A program made the position numbers and the translations under genes. Shown piece by piece: positions 48,282 through 58,370 of a stretch of DNA of 64,000 nt. Each line of letters begins with the position of its first letter. Positions within the stretch are counted from its first letter, which is position 1. The notes below the pieces were generated by a model. The model saw only the letters and a program-made list of their open reading frames with translations, was not told the DNA's origin and ran no database searches. This stretch comes from an uncultured Acidobacteriota bacterium. GTDB lineage: Bacteria > Acidobacteriota > Thermoanaerobaculia > Gp7-AA8. The stretch spans positions 864,001 through 928,000 of the forward strand of contig CAVUKB010000007.1 of NCBI GenBank assembly GCA_963741955.1, in the 5' to 3' direction.

Positions 48282-50296
48282 AGGTGAAGACCATACGGAC
48301 CGGCGCGGCCATCCTGTTCATGCTGATCGCCGGGACGCTTTTCGCGAGCCAGTTCCGGAACGAGAGGATCGTGCTTCCCTCCGGAGAGGGACCGAACATT
48401 CTCGATGTCGACGTCCCGCTCCTTTCCGGGGCGAAGCCGCTTCGTTACGCCGAGGCGAAAGGTAGCGACACGTTTCATCTGCTCGGAGGACTCGAGGATC
48501 TCCGCTTGTTCGACGCCGCAGGAAAGGAAGTGCCGTACCTGGTGGTCCCTCCCGAGAGCGGAGAGGCGCACTGGAAGGAAGGGCGGGTTCTCGACGTCGC
48601 ATCGACGAAGACGACGAGCGGGTTCGAAGCCGATCTCGGCGCGAGCTCGCTCATCGACCGGATCCGCGTCTCCGGTCTCGACGCACCGTTTCTGAAGAGG
48701 TTCCGGCTCGAAGGAAGTGGAGATCGCGAACACTGGACGGTACTGGTCGAATCGGGGACCCTTTTCGATCTACCGGAGGAACATCTGCGGAAGACGGATG
48801 CCTCGTTCCCCGCGGGCGAATACCGGTATCTTCGCGTGACCTGGGATGATCGCTCCAGCTCGAGAGTCGGGAAGCCGGCCTCGGTCGAGGCGCGAGAGGT
48901 GCGCCGTCCGTTACCGCCCCGTCCTTTCGTTCCGGTCCGCTTCTCCTGGCGTGCGAGTGAACCGCGGAAGAGCCGTATCGCCCTGCGTCTGCCCGGACGA
49001 AATCTTCCCGTGACGGCCATCGATATTCAGGTGGCGCGTGGACATGTACTGCGGGACGCGGTGATCACCGAGGCGCGGTTCCGGAGTGGCGAGGTCGCGC
49101 CGGTGAACATTGGCCACGCGGTTCTGCGGCGTGCGGAACGCGGCGAGGACGTCGCACAGGAGCTGAGAATACCGGTGGACCGCCCACACGGGACGGATCT
49201 GGAGCTGCTGATCGAGGACGGGGACAATCCTCCTCTGGCAATCACGGGTGTCGAAGCCGAGCTCGCGCCGCTGCCGCAGATCTATTTCGAAAGCCGTGAC
49301 GGCGCGCCGATCACTGCCCGCTACGGAGAGGGAGACCTTTCGCGGCCGCATTACGACCTCGAGGCCGCGCGTGATTCCGTCGATCTCGCGAATGCATCGC
49401 GGGCGCGCTGGGGTGAGCCGAAATCGATCGCTGCGGTTCCGGAAATGGATGCGGCGATCCGTTCGGCTCCTCCTGCCGGTCCGGTGGTGCACGAAGAAGA
49501 CTTCGGGTACAAGCGAAACATCCCGGCGATCGAGCCCGGGATGATTGCCATCCAGCTGGACCTCGCTGCGCTGGCACATTCGAACGGATTGAAAGACATC
49601 CGGGTGGTCGACGAGAAGGAGAAGCAGATTCCGTACGTCATCGAACGAAGAGGAGAGCCGCTCGAATTCGAGTTTCCCGTCAACCGGGTCGATGACGAGG
49701 ACGCGCGAAGGTCCCGGTACCCGCTGGTTCTTCCGTACGACTCCCTTCGTTGGAAGGGGACGCTGGTGGTCGAGACGGACGCCCCGCTGTTCGAGCGTGC
49801 GGTGACTCTCGTCGCGAGCAACGGCAAGGAGGGACGTGACGACGGCGAAGTGGTGGTGGAGCGAAAGCTGTGGCAGCACACCGAGCCGGAGACCGCGGCG
49901 CCCCCGATCTCGTTCGATGTTCCGCTCGACGGGCATTCCGCATGGGAGCTGACGATCGAGGAAGGCGACAACCCGCCGCTCCCGATCCGCCGGATCCGGT
50001 TACTGTTGCCGAGTTACAGAGTCCGTCTGTTCCATCCTCCCGGTTCGCAGTTGACCATGTTGTACGGAAATCCACACGCGGATGCGCCGCGCTACGATCT
50101 CGAGCTGATGCGGGCGCGCATCGTCGGAATGGACGCGGCGGAGATCACGCCGGGCGAAGAGATCGTGAACGCCGGTCTCGCTGCCGAGCGTCCTGCGCGC
50201 ATCTTCTGGGGCATCATCGTGGCCGCCGCGATCGTTCTGCTGGCGCTGCTGGCGAAGCTTCTGCAGCACTCCGAGCGCCAGCCGAAGCAGTCCTGA
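48278..50296 (+). CDS. DUF3999-like exported protein with C-terminal TM anchor
   Basis: DLRLFDAAGKEVPY; IE.GDNPPL.I and YG..P.YDL each twice; overlaps the upstream stop. Confidence 0.75.
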   Translation: MKVKTIRTGAAILFMLIAGTLFASQFRNERIVLPSGEGPNILDVDVPLLSGAKPLRYAEAKGSDTFHLLGGLEDLRLFDAAGKEVPYLVVPPESGEAHWKEGRVLDVASTKTTSGFEADLGASSLIDRIRVSGLDAPFLKRFRLEGSGDREHWTVLVESGTLFDLPEEHLRKTDASFPAGEYRYLRVTWDDRSSSRVGKPASVEAREVRRPLPPRPFVPVRFSWRASEPRKSRIALRLPGRNLPVTAIDIQVARGHVLRDAVITEARFRSGEVAPVNIGHAVLRRAERGEDVAQELRIPVDRPHGTDLELLIEDGDNPPLAITGVEAELAPLPQIYFESRDGAPITARYGEGDLSRPHYDLEAARDSVDLANASRARWGEPKSIAAVPEMDAAIRSAPPAGPVVHEEDFGYKRNIPAIEPGMIAIQLDLAALAHSNGLKDIRVVDEKEKQIPYVIERRGEPLEFEFPVNRVDDEDARRSRYPLVLPYDSLRWKGTLVVETDAPLFERAVTLVASNGKEGRDDGEVVVERKLWQHTEPETAAPPISFDVPLDGHSAWELTIEEGDNPPLPIRRIRLLLPSYRVRLFHPPGSQLTMLYGNPHADAPRYDLELMRARIVGMDAAEITPGEEIVNAGLAAERPARIFWGIIVAAAIVLLALLAKLLQHSERQPKQS

Positions 50297-50375
50297 AGGC
50301 GAGAACAGAGCCTCCCATCCCGCGGCGGGGTCGGGTATACAGTCACCGTGCAGCCGCCGATGGTCTCTCCTCATA

Positions 50376-50445
50376 CCCTATCCAAAGATAGGGGTGTAAA
50401 CCTATCCGAAAGTATCTTGACGCTCCAGTGAGCGAAGGTTAGATT
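50376..50445 (+). promoter_or_regulatory. sigma70 promoter with upstream repeat sites
   Basis: TTGACG-17-TAGATT (50417-50445); CCCTATC-caaa-GATAGGG and a second CCTATCC at 50401. Confidence 0.65.
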
Positions 50446-50450
50446 CGGCA

Positions 50451-50549
50451 GCAGACACAGACAGGAAGATTGCAAGACAGACGAACCGCATACATCACAG
50501 ATTCGTGTCGCAATCAGGCGACGACAAAGGGGCGTAACGCCCCTTTTTT
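50451..50549 (+). ncRNA. Candidate ~100-nt small RNA or attenuator leader
   Basis: Lies between promoter and terminator; no ORF; central hairpin; repeated CAGAC-like words. Confidence 0.6.
50526..50549 (+). terminator. Strong Rho-independent terminator
   Basis: AAAGGGGCG-TAA-CGCCCCTTTTTT. Confidence 0.85.
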
Positions 50550-50678
50550 CGTCTGAGGGCTTTCCGGACGCACCTGCTGCGGGAGAGGCGTCCAGTCCAA
50601 TGGCTTCGGATCGGGTACTACAGGAAACGTGTGTCCGGACGAAACCCGGTTCTGACGACTCGAGGAGAAGGCATCCAT

Positions 50679-51884
50679 ATGCTTCCGACAAGACAGGTCA
50701 GAGATCACAGTGAGGCCCCGTTGGTGGATCGGCACATCAGGACGTCCCACGACGAACGTGGAGTTGCTCTGGTGCTGGTGATGCTCGGCCTTTCGGTCGT
50801 GCTGATGGTCCTCCTCTCCGGTCTGGTCATGACTGAATTCTCCGGGAAGACGATCGCGCGCCAGCTCGCATGGCAGGGACAGGCGTTGAACGCGTCACGG
50901 GCGGGACTCAATGAAACGCTCTCCTGGTTCGTGCGGCGGCCGGTTCAACCGGTGACCACGTTCGATCCTCAAAAGGATCTCACCGCCGTTCCGCCGCTCA
51001 ACGAGACGGAGGATCCCACCGTCGGTCTCGTGCGGTCGTACGAGATCTCGGACCGAGGGCGGGTGTGGGGTCGCTACGAAGTCGATAAGTCCGTGGTGGC
51101 CGACGTCAGTGCGCAGCGAGGGAAGTCGCAGCCGGGCACGATCTGGGAAGTGGAGTCGAAGGGAATCATCTACATACGAAACGATGCAGCGAAAGCGCCG
51201 GACGAAGCGCCGAATCGGGTGCTCGCGCACGCGACGATGCGCACCGACATTCAGAGACTGGGGCTGCAGCTTCCGGCGGATTGCGCCCTCTGCGCGGAAA
51301 AGGGGCAGTTCGTCAACGTGGCGGCGACGGCGAGAGTGCGAGGAGGAACGGGAATCGGGATCGCCTACCTTCCGTCGACGGGAACGCCAAAGATCGCCCA
51401 GGCGAGCTCCGTCACCGGCTCCCCGAGACTGAACGCCACGACGGGATCGTTCCAGCTTCAGGACATTTTCGGGGTCACTCAGCAGGAATTGATCGGAATG
51501 GCAGACGTGGTGGTGAAGGACGAGCGTGACCTCCCGGATCCGCTTCCCGACATGTCTCTCGTCGTGATCACCGGAAACGCGACCTTCACTCCGCAGCGGA
51601 GGCTCCTTGGCAGCGGAATCCTGGTCGTACTCGGAAATCTCGTACTCAACCCGCAATCGAACTCGATGTTCAATGGGGTGATCTGGGTCGGAGGCACCTT
51701 CCAGCAGGGCGAGCCTTCGCTGATCGGCGGATCGGTGGTGGTTCGGGGGAATGCCCTCCTCACCGGAGGCTCCGACATTTCGGAGATCGATTACGACCCG
51801 AACATGATCGACCAGGTCAGGCAGCAGATGGGGAACTATCTCTTCAGCCGGATGCCCTGGATTCTGGGTCGGATAGGAGACTGA
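50679..51884 (+). CDS. PilX/GspK-like minor pilin
   Basis: ERG|VALVLVML class III signal lacking Glu5; ALNASRAGL; C-terminal beta-helix-like G.LVV.GN repeats. Confidence 0.78.
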   Translation: MLPTRQVRDHSEAPLVDRHIRTSHDERGVALVLVMLGLSVVLMVLLSGLVMTEFSGKTIARQLAWQGQALNASRAGLNETLSWFVRRPVQPVTTFDPQKDLTAVPPLNETEDPTVGLVRSYEISDRGRVWGRYEVDKSVVADVSAQRGKSQPGTIWEVESKGIIYIRNDAAKAPDEAPNRVLAHATMRTDIQRLGLQLPADCALCAEKGQFVNVAATARVRGGTGIGIAYLPSTGTPKIAQASSVTGSPRLNATTGSFQLQDIFGVTQQELIGMADVVVKDERDLPDPLPDMSLVVITGNATFTPQRRLLGSGILVVLGNLVLNPQSNSMFNGVIWVGGTFQQGEPSLIGGSVVVRGNALLTGGSDISEIDYDPNMIDQVRQQMGNYLFSRMPWILGRIGD

Positions 51885-54800
51885 TGATGAAGAGTCACCA
51901 GAAGGGCATGTCGCTGATCGAGGTTCTCGTCTCGCTCGGCATCCTCTCCGTGATCATCGTGGCGTCCCTCCAGGTGGCGACCACGGTCACCCGAACGACA
52001 CAGAACAACATGCAGAAGCAGTTCGCCACCCAACGAGCGATGTCGATGCTGGAAGAGCTGAAAGGGGTGATTCAATCCGATCAGGGTGCGACCGCGACGC
52101 TTCTGGACGACTATGACGACGGGACGACCAATCGCCCCCTCCTCACCACCCAGAAAGACGTGACCGATCCGGCTTCACCGCAAAGCGGAAACGTACCGCT
52201 CGGCCCCGGTCGCTGGCTCTACGAGCGGCGAATCACGGTGCGGAAGCTTCCCGGCCAATCCAACGATCTCCGCCTGGTCAACGTCACGGTGTACATCAAC
52301 GAAGAGGGAGGGCAGAGACCCCTGGCGGATGTCGCATCGGTACTGAGTACGATCGCGGTGAATCTACCGCCAACCCAGGTGTACGACGTCTATTGCGTCG
52401 CAATCGAGAATGTTCCAGGGTGGTGGGTCTACATGGCGAACGTCGTCCCCTTCGTCCAGGGAGCGATTCAGGATCTTCAGTCCCGGCATCCCGGGCTGCA
52501 GTTCCGCACCCACTGGATCCGCGAGCTCGCGTATGGACGCGATTCCCAGTACCTTCCATACGTCAACGAAGCCCAGGACTCGACGGCGACGATCAATTCG
52601 GTCTATTTCTATCCGGGAACACTCCCCTCCGGTTCGGCCGTCGACAGCTACTACCCACCCGATTTCTTCAACGGACGGATCAATGTCGATGGAGTGGAAC
52701 GCAACGGCTTCGATACGAAGAACCCTTATCCCTATGCGCTCGCCGATCAGTACAACAACGCGATGCGGTATCCGGACGAACTGGCTCTTTTCAACCTCCG
52801 AGTCGCATCGGGGAAGGAACGCGCGGACCAGCCGACTCTCCGCCTCCTTCTCGACGACATGTACATGCATCCGTCCAAGTACCAGAACGCGATCCTGATC
52901 AACCTTCACGGCGAGCTCTTTCCGTTCCCTCCGGTTCGCAACTACTCCGATGCGGCGAAGGATCCTCTGGACGATCCGTACATCCGCGCCGTGACTCATC
53001 CGGAACAGCTGCACTACGCCAATACGGATCCTCTGCGACTTCGTGTGTACGGCTATCACATGAATCGCAGCAACCCCGCGGCGGAACCCGAATGGCTCGG
53101 AGAGAATCGCGCCTCGCCGGAGCCGATCACCCTGGTGCTCAAGGGCATCAACTGGTCGCCGACACCAGCCGACGTGACCGCGATCACCGGAGGGGTCGAC
53201 TTCAATGGTGACGGATCACCGGATCCCTATTCGGCCGACCCGACCTCTTCTTCTCCTCTTCCGGCGGTTGCGCCAACGGGAATGTGGTTCCGCTCGTACG
53301 GCAGCGGGAGCGATACGGTGATCGAGCTGTACAACACTCCGCTCCAGACTCCGTGTGTGACCGCAAAGCACTCCCACACCCTCTGCGACGAGGGTGGACT
53401 GATGGACACGCACCGGCTCTACGGACTGGAGTACATCCCCTCTCCGGTCGAGGATCTGACCGGAAGCGCTGCACCTGCGCCCTTCAGTACGGACCTGACC
53501 TCTGCCGGCGACGGGGAGAAGAACACCGCACGTTGGGTGATCACCATCCCCTCCTACGTCCTGCCGCAGGACGCGACGATCACCATCGAAACGAGAATCG
53601 GGTCCGACATCGGAACCGGGATCCTCTATCCCGTCCCGTCGAAACCAGCTGACCTGTCGCGCACGTACGTCTGGCGAGGCGACGATCTGTGGGCGTTCGG
53701 CGATGCGACTCACGAGCCCCACATTCCGATCACCGAGCAATATCAGATGCTCGGTGATCCGCGCCACAATCCCTATGCTGATCTCAAGCTTCCTCACGAG
53801 GGTTCGGGCTATCCGAACGTGAGCCGTCTCGGAATGGGCTACAACCGATATTTCGACGATTTCCACAACGGCGCAGCGAATCGGGCCGCCTGGTGGCCCG
53901 GGTACTCCTATCAGGCGCCTTTGTTCAGTGGGAAGTGGTACGGAGTGAAGAACAATCCGACCGATACGGATCCTAACGACGACGGGTGGGACACCGGGGC
54001 CGGTCAGATCGACGCAGACGTGCCGAGGATTTTCGAAGTAGTCCGAACGGCCATTCTGCGGGCGAACGCCGTATACACCACCATGACCGGGTTTTCCTAC
54101 TTCTACGTCGGGCTCGGCGGCGAGATCGGCTACGACTCGGCGAACAATTTCCCGAGCTCCATCGCAGTGTCAGAAAAACCCTTCAGCGGTAAGGGCGGCT
54201 GGCGGTTCGAGCAGTCGATCACCAATGACACCATCAACGGCAACGAAGGTGGCGTGAAGTACATCCGGGAGAATACCAGCGGGAATTACTGGTGGTCGAT
54301 GAGCTGGCTGGGAGAGCTCTATCCCGATTCGATGTACGGGGGTGCCAACGGATGGGCGGCAACAGGGAATCTCCCGACCGGAACCGGAAGCGGAACGTTC
54401 ATTCGCGTGCTGAGGAAGAACGTCACGAGCTGGCTTCCCTCAGGGACGACGCTGCAGAGCTCCGTCCATAGAACTCAGGAAGAGGGAAGCACTTCTTTCT
54501 TCTGGAGTGGATCTCCGAACTCCACTTTCCACCACCGTTATCAGGACGGAACGAACGGGACCCTTGCGGCGGACGGTCAGGACATCGCGGCGAACTATCA
54601 GTTCCCGATTCCTCAGAGCATCCCGAACGCCAGGCCTTTCGACATCAATGTGAATGACACGGGGATGAATCCGGATCACTTCCTTCAGCCGGTTTATGGC
54701 GAAGCCCTGACCCTGGAGAAGGAAGCGGAGTTCTACCGCCATTCGACGAACATTCAGGGGAGCAGTCTGATTTCGATGCGACAGCCTTCGAGCGGAGATA

Positions 54801-55351
54801 CCGCATTCGTGGTGGTGAACGGTCTCTCGCCGACCGGACAGTCGGGAGTTGCCTTCATGGCGCGCTGGTCGTTCCTCAGCCTGATCCAGAGCTATCTGAT
54901 TGCGGGACGGTATCCCGGGGGGTCAGGGACGGATGAGCACAGAGTCCGTGAACTGCCGCGGGTGACGATCGCCTCTCCCAACGATTCCATGGAGCTCGAC
55001 GATCCGGCTTCCATCGATGTCCAGTGGAACGTGCAGTGGCTGCGATGGGACGGAAAGAAATACACACCCGGCTATCCTGCCGGATTCGCCGAAGACACCC
55101 CGCTGCAGTTCGTGACCCTTTACAGTCGTGACAACGGGAAGACCTGGCTCTACATGCAGGACGATTCGCCGGCGAATCCCGGTGCGCGCCCTTCGGATCC
55201 CGCGAAGCTGGTGACCGCCACTTCGTACAGCTGGGGCGTTCCCTCGGGGAGTTTCCCGAAGGGTAACTATCTGATCCGGGTCGAGGCCTACCGAGGCAAC
55301 CGGACACTCCACTACTCGTTCCACGAATACCGGGCTTACATCAAGAGGTAG
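51884..55351 (+). CDS. Giant (1155 aa) prepilin-type protein with PilV/GspI-like N-terminus
   Basis: QKG|MSLIEVLVSLGIL with Glu5; ~1000-aa extra region; Ig-like C-terminus. Confidence 0.85.
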   Translation: MMKSHQKGMSLIEVLVSLGILSVIIVASLQVATTVTRTTQNNMQKQFATQRAMSMLEELKGVIQSDQGATATLLDDYDDGTTNRPLLTTQKDVTDPASPQSGNVPLGPGRWLYERRITVRKLPGQSNDLRLVNVTVYINEEGGQRPLADVASVLSTIAVNLPPTQVYDVYCVAIENVPGWWVYMANVVPFVQGAIQDLQSRHPGLQFRTHWIRELAYGRDSQYLPYVNEAQDSTATINSVYFYPGTLPSGSAVDSYYPPDFFNGRINVDGVERNGFDTKNPYPYALADQYNNAMRYPDELALFNLRVASGKERADQPTLRLLLDDMYMHPSKYQNAILINLHGELFPFPPVRNYSDAAKDPLDDPYIRAVTHPEQLHYANTDPLRLRVYGYHMNRSNPAAEPEWLGENRASPEPITLVLKGINWSPTPADVTAITGGVDFNGDGSPDPYSADPTSSSPLPAVAPTGMWFRSYGSGSDTVIELYNTPLQTPCVTAKHSHTLCDEGGLMDTHRLYGLEYIPSPVEDLTGSAAPAPFSTDLTSAGDGEKNTARWVITIPSYVLPQDATITIETRIGSDIGTGILYPVPSKPADLSRTYVWRGDDLWAFGDATHEPHIPITEQYQMLGDPRHNPYADLKLPHEGSGYPNVSRLGMGYNRYFDDFHNGAANRAAWWPGYSYQAPLFSGKWYGVKNNPTDTDPNDDGWDTGAGQIDADVPRIFEVVRTAILRANAVYTTMTGFSYFYVGLGGEIGYDSANNFPSSIAVSEKPFSGKGGWRFEQSITNDTINGNEGGVKYIRENTSGNYWWSMSWLGELYPDSMYGGANGWAATGNLPTGTGSGTFIRVLRKNVTSWLPSGTTLQSSVHRTQEEGSTSFFWSGSPNSTFHHRYQDGTNGTLAADGQDIAANYQFPIPQSIPNARPFDINVNDTGMNPDHFLQPVYGEALTLEKEAEFYRHSTNIQGSSLISMRQPSSGDTAFVVVNGLSPTGQSGVAFMARWSFLSLIQSYLIAGRYPGGSGTDEHRVRELPRVTIASPNDSMELDDPASIDVQWNVQWLRWDGKKYTPGYPAGFAEDTPLQFVTLYSRDNGKTWLYMQDDSPANPGARPSDPAKLVTATSYSWGVPSGSFPKGNYLIRVEAYRGNRTLHYSFHEYRAYIKR

Positions 55352-55356
55352 CGGCG

Positions 55357-56403
55357 ATGCGACGACGATCGAGGTTGGGTGCTGGAGGTTTCTCGCTGAT
55401 CGAAGTGATGGTCGTGACCGCGATCGTGACTGCGATTCTCATCATGGTCTTCGAGATCATGGAAGATTCGTTTCATACCAGCATGTTCACCGAGAGCCAC
55501 AACGACCTGGCCGTCTTCGGTCAGAGGACCGTGAACCGGCTCCAGGTCGAAGTCGCCCAGGCGAGGATGCTCTTTCAGGACGACGCGACCGGCAAAGAAT
55601 ATCGCGACGCACTCGCTCTTCCTGCGACCCGTCCGGTGTGGTCGGACTCACTCCTTCCGGTCGTCGACCCGGCGCCGGAATTGAACCCGGACAGCGGCTC
55701 CGGCACCGATCGACGCGTCGGCAATTGCCTGCTGGTCGCGAAGCAGCTCTCGCCCGTTCCGCTCGCCTGCGACGATGACGGCGATCCTTCGACACCGGAC
55801 ATCGAATTCGAGGCGGATCGATATCGATTCGACTTCTACTATCTCTCACCCAACCGTTCTCGTTCGTTCGCCGATCAGCCGTACTATCTCGATCTGATCG
55901 AGAGCCGCAGCGTCGAGTACGCGGATTACTTTCAGCTCGAGAGTCTGACCCCGAGCCAGATCGCGCAGCTCGTACCGCAACTCGTCTCGCGCGGAATCGA
56001 GCGGGCATGGGATCCGGGCGAAGCGGTCTCCAGCGCGTTCTATTCGCTGAACGACGCCAGCGACGGCGTCTTCAATCCGCCGATCCGGAATCCCGCGATC
56101 GAGCAGGCACGAACGGACTCCCTCCTTCCGGAGTTCAGGGGGGGACGGGTCTCCGGAGCGATGGATTACTCGGTGGCATTCACTCCCGCTGCTCCGGCAA
56201 AACCGTTCGAGCTGAGGACTCCGATCTCCCGGTATGCCGTGCTCGACAGCGGGATTCCGCAGTTTCCCTCGGGATTCGAGGTGAAGATCGCCGGTCCCTC
56301 GGGAACACGCAAACTTCTCTCCCGGTTGGTTCTAATGTCGCACTATGGAGTCACCAAGTTCGAGTCTCAGGAGTGCTTCGTCACGACTTCGGGACGATTC
56401 TGA
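55357..56403 (+). CDS. PilW/GspJ-like prepilin-type protein
   Basis: AGG|FSLIEVMVVTAIV with Glu5; VNRLQVEVAQA helix. Confidence 0.82.
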   Translation: MRRRSRLGAGGFSLIEVMVVTAIVTAILIMVFEIMEDSFHTSMFTESHNDLAVFGQRTVNRLQVEVAQARMLFQDDATGKEYRDALALPATRPVWSDSLLPVVDPAPELNPDSGSGTDRRVGNCLLVAKQLSPVPLACDDDGDPSTPDIEFEADRYRFDFYYLSPNRSRSFADQPYYLDLIESRSVEYADYFQLESLTPSQIAQLVPQLVSRGIERAWDPGEAVSSAFYSLNDASDGVFNPPIRNPAIEQARTDSLLPEFRGGRVSGAMDYSVAFTPAAPAKPFELRTPISRYAVLDSGIPQFPSGFEVKIAGPSGTRKLLSRLVLMSHYGVTKFESQECFVTTSGRF

Positions 56404-56436
56404 ACCGCGAGCTTGTTCACAGTCACGGAGCCCGAA

Positions 56437-57090
56437 ATGAAAAAAATTCTGATCCTCGCCATGGCCGCCTTCGTCGTCTCTCCTCTCCTCTGGGCATCCC
56501 AGAAGAGTGAGCAGGAACACTCGGCGAAGAGCACCGCAAAAAGCACGGAGAAGAAGGCCACCACGAAAGCCGCGAAGGAATCCGCCGACCAGAGGAAGGC
56601 GGAGGATGGGAAGGAGCTTCCGGAGATCAGGCTCCGCGCCGTGGCGCCCGCATCGACCCAGGCACCGGTGATTTCTCCGAAGGGCGGCTCGTCACTCGTC
56701 GCCGCTGCTGCCGCTGGTAAGAAGCAGCGCGGCAAGAGCCGCATCTCCATCGATGATTCGATGGTCAAGAAGGCCCACGCTGAATTCACCACCACGGATT
56801 CGAAGTACGACCCCACCCGGGAGTACGAGGCGGAGAAGCAGGACCAGGAGCGTGAGGAGCGTCAGAAATCACTCGATCGGGCGCGGCAGGACGAGCAGAA
56901 TGCGCAGCAGGAGATCGCGGCGAAGCAGCGGGGAGAGAAGATCAAGGACCTCGAAGCTCGTCTCGCCCGGCTTTCCGCATCGTATTCGGACGAGGGTAAC
57001 GACCCTGCCGCGACGCAGTACGACGAGATCGAGAAGGAGATGCAGCAGATTCAGAAGGAAATCGAGGATCTGCGGAAGCAGAAGCCCTGA
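56437..57090 (+). CDS. Secreted coiled-coil hypothetical protein
   Basis: Signal peptide, Lys/Ala-rich linker, E/Q/K-rich C-terminus. Confidence 0.75.
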   Translation: MKKILILAMAAFVVSPLLWASQKSEQEHSAKSTAKSTEKKATTKAAKESADQRKAEDGKELPEIRLRAVAPASTQAPVISPKGGSSLVAAAAAGKKQRGKSRISIDDSMVKKAHAEFTTTDSKYDPTREYEAEKQDQEREERQKSLDRARQDEQNAQQEIAAKQRGEKIKDLEARLARLSASYSDEGNDPAATQYDEIEKEMQQIQKEIEDLRKQKP

Positions 57091-57142
57091 CCTCGATCTG
57101 CTGACGTTGATTACGATCCGCAGACTTCCGGGCTAACGCGGG

Positions 57143-58297
57143 CTAGCGCCTCAGGCCACGCGAGCGATACATGTCGGCGTCCGCACGGATGATCGCGTCC
57201 TGGAGCGACCGTTCGTTTCCGTACTCCGCCACGCCCCACGAAAGATGAAGCGGACGGAGTTCACCGGGGTGCAGCGGGAAGACGAGACTCCGGTTGATTT
57301 CGTCGAAACGGCGGGCCGCCGCCCCCGCATCGAGGCCCGGCAGAATCGCCAGAAACTCGTCGCCTCCCCATCGGAACAGGAAATCGTCAGCACGAATGAT
57401 GCTGCGGATCGCCTGTGCGGCGCTCCGGATCGCGGCGTCGCCTGCGTCGTGACCTTCGAGATCGTTGATCTCCTTCAGAAAATCGAGATCGACCATCACC
57501 ACGGTTCCGGCTTCGCCTGCGCCGCTGCTCACTTCGGCCTCGGTGAGCTCGTAAAGTGCGTGACGGTTGAGCGTTCCCGTGAGAGGGTCCGTCAGCGCCT
57601 TCCTGGCCAGCAGATCGTGTGACTGGCGCAACCGCTCCACCTCCGTCCGGAGCTCGGTCTTCGCTTCTTCGGTGATGACCAGAATCATTCCGAAACCGAG
57701 GAGGAGAGTTCCCAAAGCATCCGCAACCGGAGCCCACACCAGGAAATCGAGACGCACCCACGTGCCGTGGATCGAGTAGAGAGGAACGTAGGCGACGAAA
57801 AGTACCGCCAGAAATGCGAGAGAGCTCCGCATCATTTGCCATCCCGCGCTCCGCTCCTCCGGGGCGACTCTCCCCAGCAGACGGAAGGACCAGACGAATG
57901 CGATCGCGGCCACCGCGGCTTCGACGGCGAAGAGGCGGACCAGTCCCGGCGCAACGATGACCATGAGGATCGCCAGGGCTGCACCGAGCGGAATCAGTGC
58001 CGCGTTCTTCCGCCAGGGGAGAGGACGCCGCCGCACCAGCATGCTGAAGCCCGCAGCGAGGAGAAAGGCGAACGACCATTCGGAAAGGAGGAAGACCAAC
58101 CACCACATCCGGTCGTCCGACACGAGATACGCGTGCACCGACAGGAGTGCAACGAACATCGAGCCCCACGCCGCCGCCCACAGCCGGGGATAGATCCGCT
58201 CCGAGCTCTGAGAAGCCCACACCAGCGCCAGCGCGAGGAGCAACGTCCCTCCCGCTTCGAAGGCGAGCGCAGTACCGGAGAAGAGTTGATCGAACAT
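57143..58297 (-). CDS. Membrane diguanylate cyclase
   Basis: About 7 TMs; DPLTG, DLDFLKEIND, RWGGDEF. Confidence 0.92.
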   Translation of the reverse strand: MFDQLFSGTALAFEAGGTLLLALALVWASQSSERIYPRLWAAAWGSMFVALLSVHAYLVSDDRMWWLVFLLSEWSFAFLLAAGFSMLVRRRPLPWRKNAALIPLGAALAILMVIVAPGLVRLFAVEAAVAAIAFVWSFRLLGRVAPEERSAGWQMMRSSLAFLAVLFVAYVPLYSIHGTWVRLDFLVWAPVADALGTLLLGFGMILVITEEAKTELRTEVERLRQSHDLLARKALTDPLTGTLNRHALYELTEAEVSSGAGEAGTVVMVDLDFLKEINDLEGHDAGDAAIRSAAQAIRSIIRADDFLFRWGGDEFLAILPGLDAGAAARRFDEINRSLVFPLHPGELRPLHLSWGVAEYGNERSLQDAIIRADADMYRSRGLRR

Positions 58298-58370
58298 GAC
58301 GCCGAGCCGTATTCGGAGCTCATTGGTGGGACGGTGGGGGAGGAACTACGGTTCCGTTTCCGGAAATGGA

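Noticed and set aside
50451-50620. c-di-GMP-I riboswitch upstream of the pilin genes
   Set aside because: The GGCAAAC-GAAA-GACGCAAA signature is absent
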